From contig BAAFSQ010000012.1 in assembly GCA_054661495.1 (NCBI GenBank), positions 54,185 through 86,184 of the forward strand: DNA of 32,000 bases. The letters are read 5' to 3'. The position numbers and the translations under genes are program-made. Source of the stretch: Zygophlyctis sp. KS116. Taxonomy: Eukaryota > Fungi > Chytridiomycota. Of the stretch, positions 31,363-32,000 are shown piece after piece. Within the stretch, counting starts at the first letter, position 1. Every line of letters starts with the position of its first letter. The notes beneath the pieces were generated by a model that saw only the letters and a list, made by a program, of their open reading frames with translations, ran no database searches and had not been told where the DNA came from.

Positions 31363-32000
31363 CTATCCTTGATAGTATATGATTTGCTGTGTAGCATCAT
31401 CGATACGATAATACTGTCCAGTCATGCTATCAAATTTCCAGTGGTACCCTGTTGCTTCATCAAAAATATCAAGATGTTGGCTTTCAGAAGTGTCTGTAGA
31501 CAAGCTATCCGTAGAGCTGCTGAAAGTATCGCTAGCAAAACTGTTTGGATCACTTGAGTAGTAAGGATCACTTGAAAAGCTATAAGGGTCATTTGAGTAG
31601 TAAGGATCACTATAATAATCGCTAGAATCGGTAGCCGAAATGCCCATCGATTCTTGATTTGCAGAATCTTCCAAGGCCTGACTATCTGCTTGGAACATTT
31701 TGTGGAAAGAAAAAACAACACCACTTGCAATCAAGAAGCCAAAAACTGCCCTTGAAATTTTAGTTTTGAATACAGTGTCGAACAATCCCGGCTTTATACG
31801 CGATGAGGAAGAAAAACGACTTGTAGAATCGTCTAATCGGTTCGAGGTTTTAAACGATTGCGGACGAGAATTGAAACTGGAATCACCCACAGATTTGGAT
31901 CCCACACTACTAACATCGTCGAAACTATTTGGGCTTGAAAAGGATGACTGATGTCTAGGTGGTTCTACTGAATGTCCAGAAAAATGGTTTGTCGGAGCTT
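31363..32000 (-). CDS. 5'-partial membrane protein with an S/D/P/Y repeat and an OCRE-like aromatic C-terminus
   Basis: TM segment AVFGFLIASGVVFSF, repeats SDPYYSNDPYSFSSDPYYSSDP, and end IFDEATGYHWKFDSMTGQYYRIDDATQQIIYYQG*. Confidence 0.55.
   Translation of the reverse strand, partial: APTNHFSGHSVEPPRHQSSFSSPNSFDDVSSVGSKSVGDSSFNSRPQSFKTSNRLDDSTSRFSSSSRIKPGLFDTVFKTKISRAVFGFLIASGVVFSFHKMFQADSQALEDSANQESMGISATDSSDYYSDPYYSNDPYSFSSDPYYSSDPNSFASDTFSSSTDSLSTDTSESQHLDIFDEATGYHWKFDSMTGQYYRIDDATQQIIYYQG

Noticed and set aside
1-32000. Prokaryotic operon, CRISPR array, prophage or transposon interpretation
   Set aside because: The genes are eukaryotic and intron-containing. No spaced direct-repeat array, transposase, integrase or terminal repeats were seen.
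1-32000. Alternative genetic code or widespread pseudogenisation to explain the fragmented ORFs
   Set aside because: Breaks are resolved by short GT-AG introns under the standard code. The exceptions are the Rab7 acceptor and the 24.2-24.8 kb duplication.

Overview
This is AT-rich eukaryotic nuclear DNA, not bacterial. It is extremely gene-dense: about 30 protein-coding genes in 32 kb, with many intergenic gaps of 1-80 nt. Nearly all introns are ultra-short GT-AG introns of about 23-31 nt, which explains why the ORF track is fragmented. The fungal-type proteins, a flagellum-associated MORN3 gene and a cyclic-nucleotide-binding channel suggest a zoosporic fungus (Chytridiomycota, possibly Rhizophydiales); this assignment is inference. 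Recognisable genes are DOT1, a CNBD channel, MORN3, NDUFA12, Rab7, Rif1, TRM7, SMN, SERF, a KH+SAM Bicaudal-C-like protein, WRAP53, a U1-type zinc-finger protein, ACOT13, SSF1/PPAN, SF3A1, Yippee, ATP11, PTC5/PDP and ILV3, plus several orphans. The most notable oddities are: an NRPS-type condensation domain at the end of a protein, preceded by a coiled coil and with no adenylation domain after it; a Rab-like GTPase lacking the DxxG aspartate; a channel with no recognisable selectivity filter; an apparent GT-TG intron in Rab7; SMN adjacent to SERF; a secreted ankyrin protein; and a 296-bp exact duplication joined by a 66-bp palindrome that frameshifts a gene. Exon boundaries were inferred by hand and no database searches were run.
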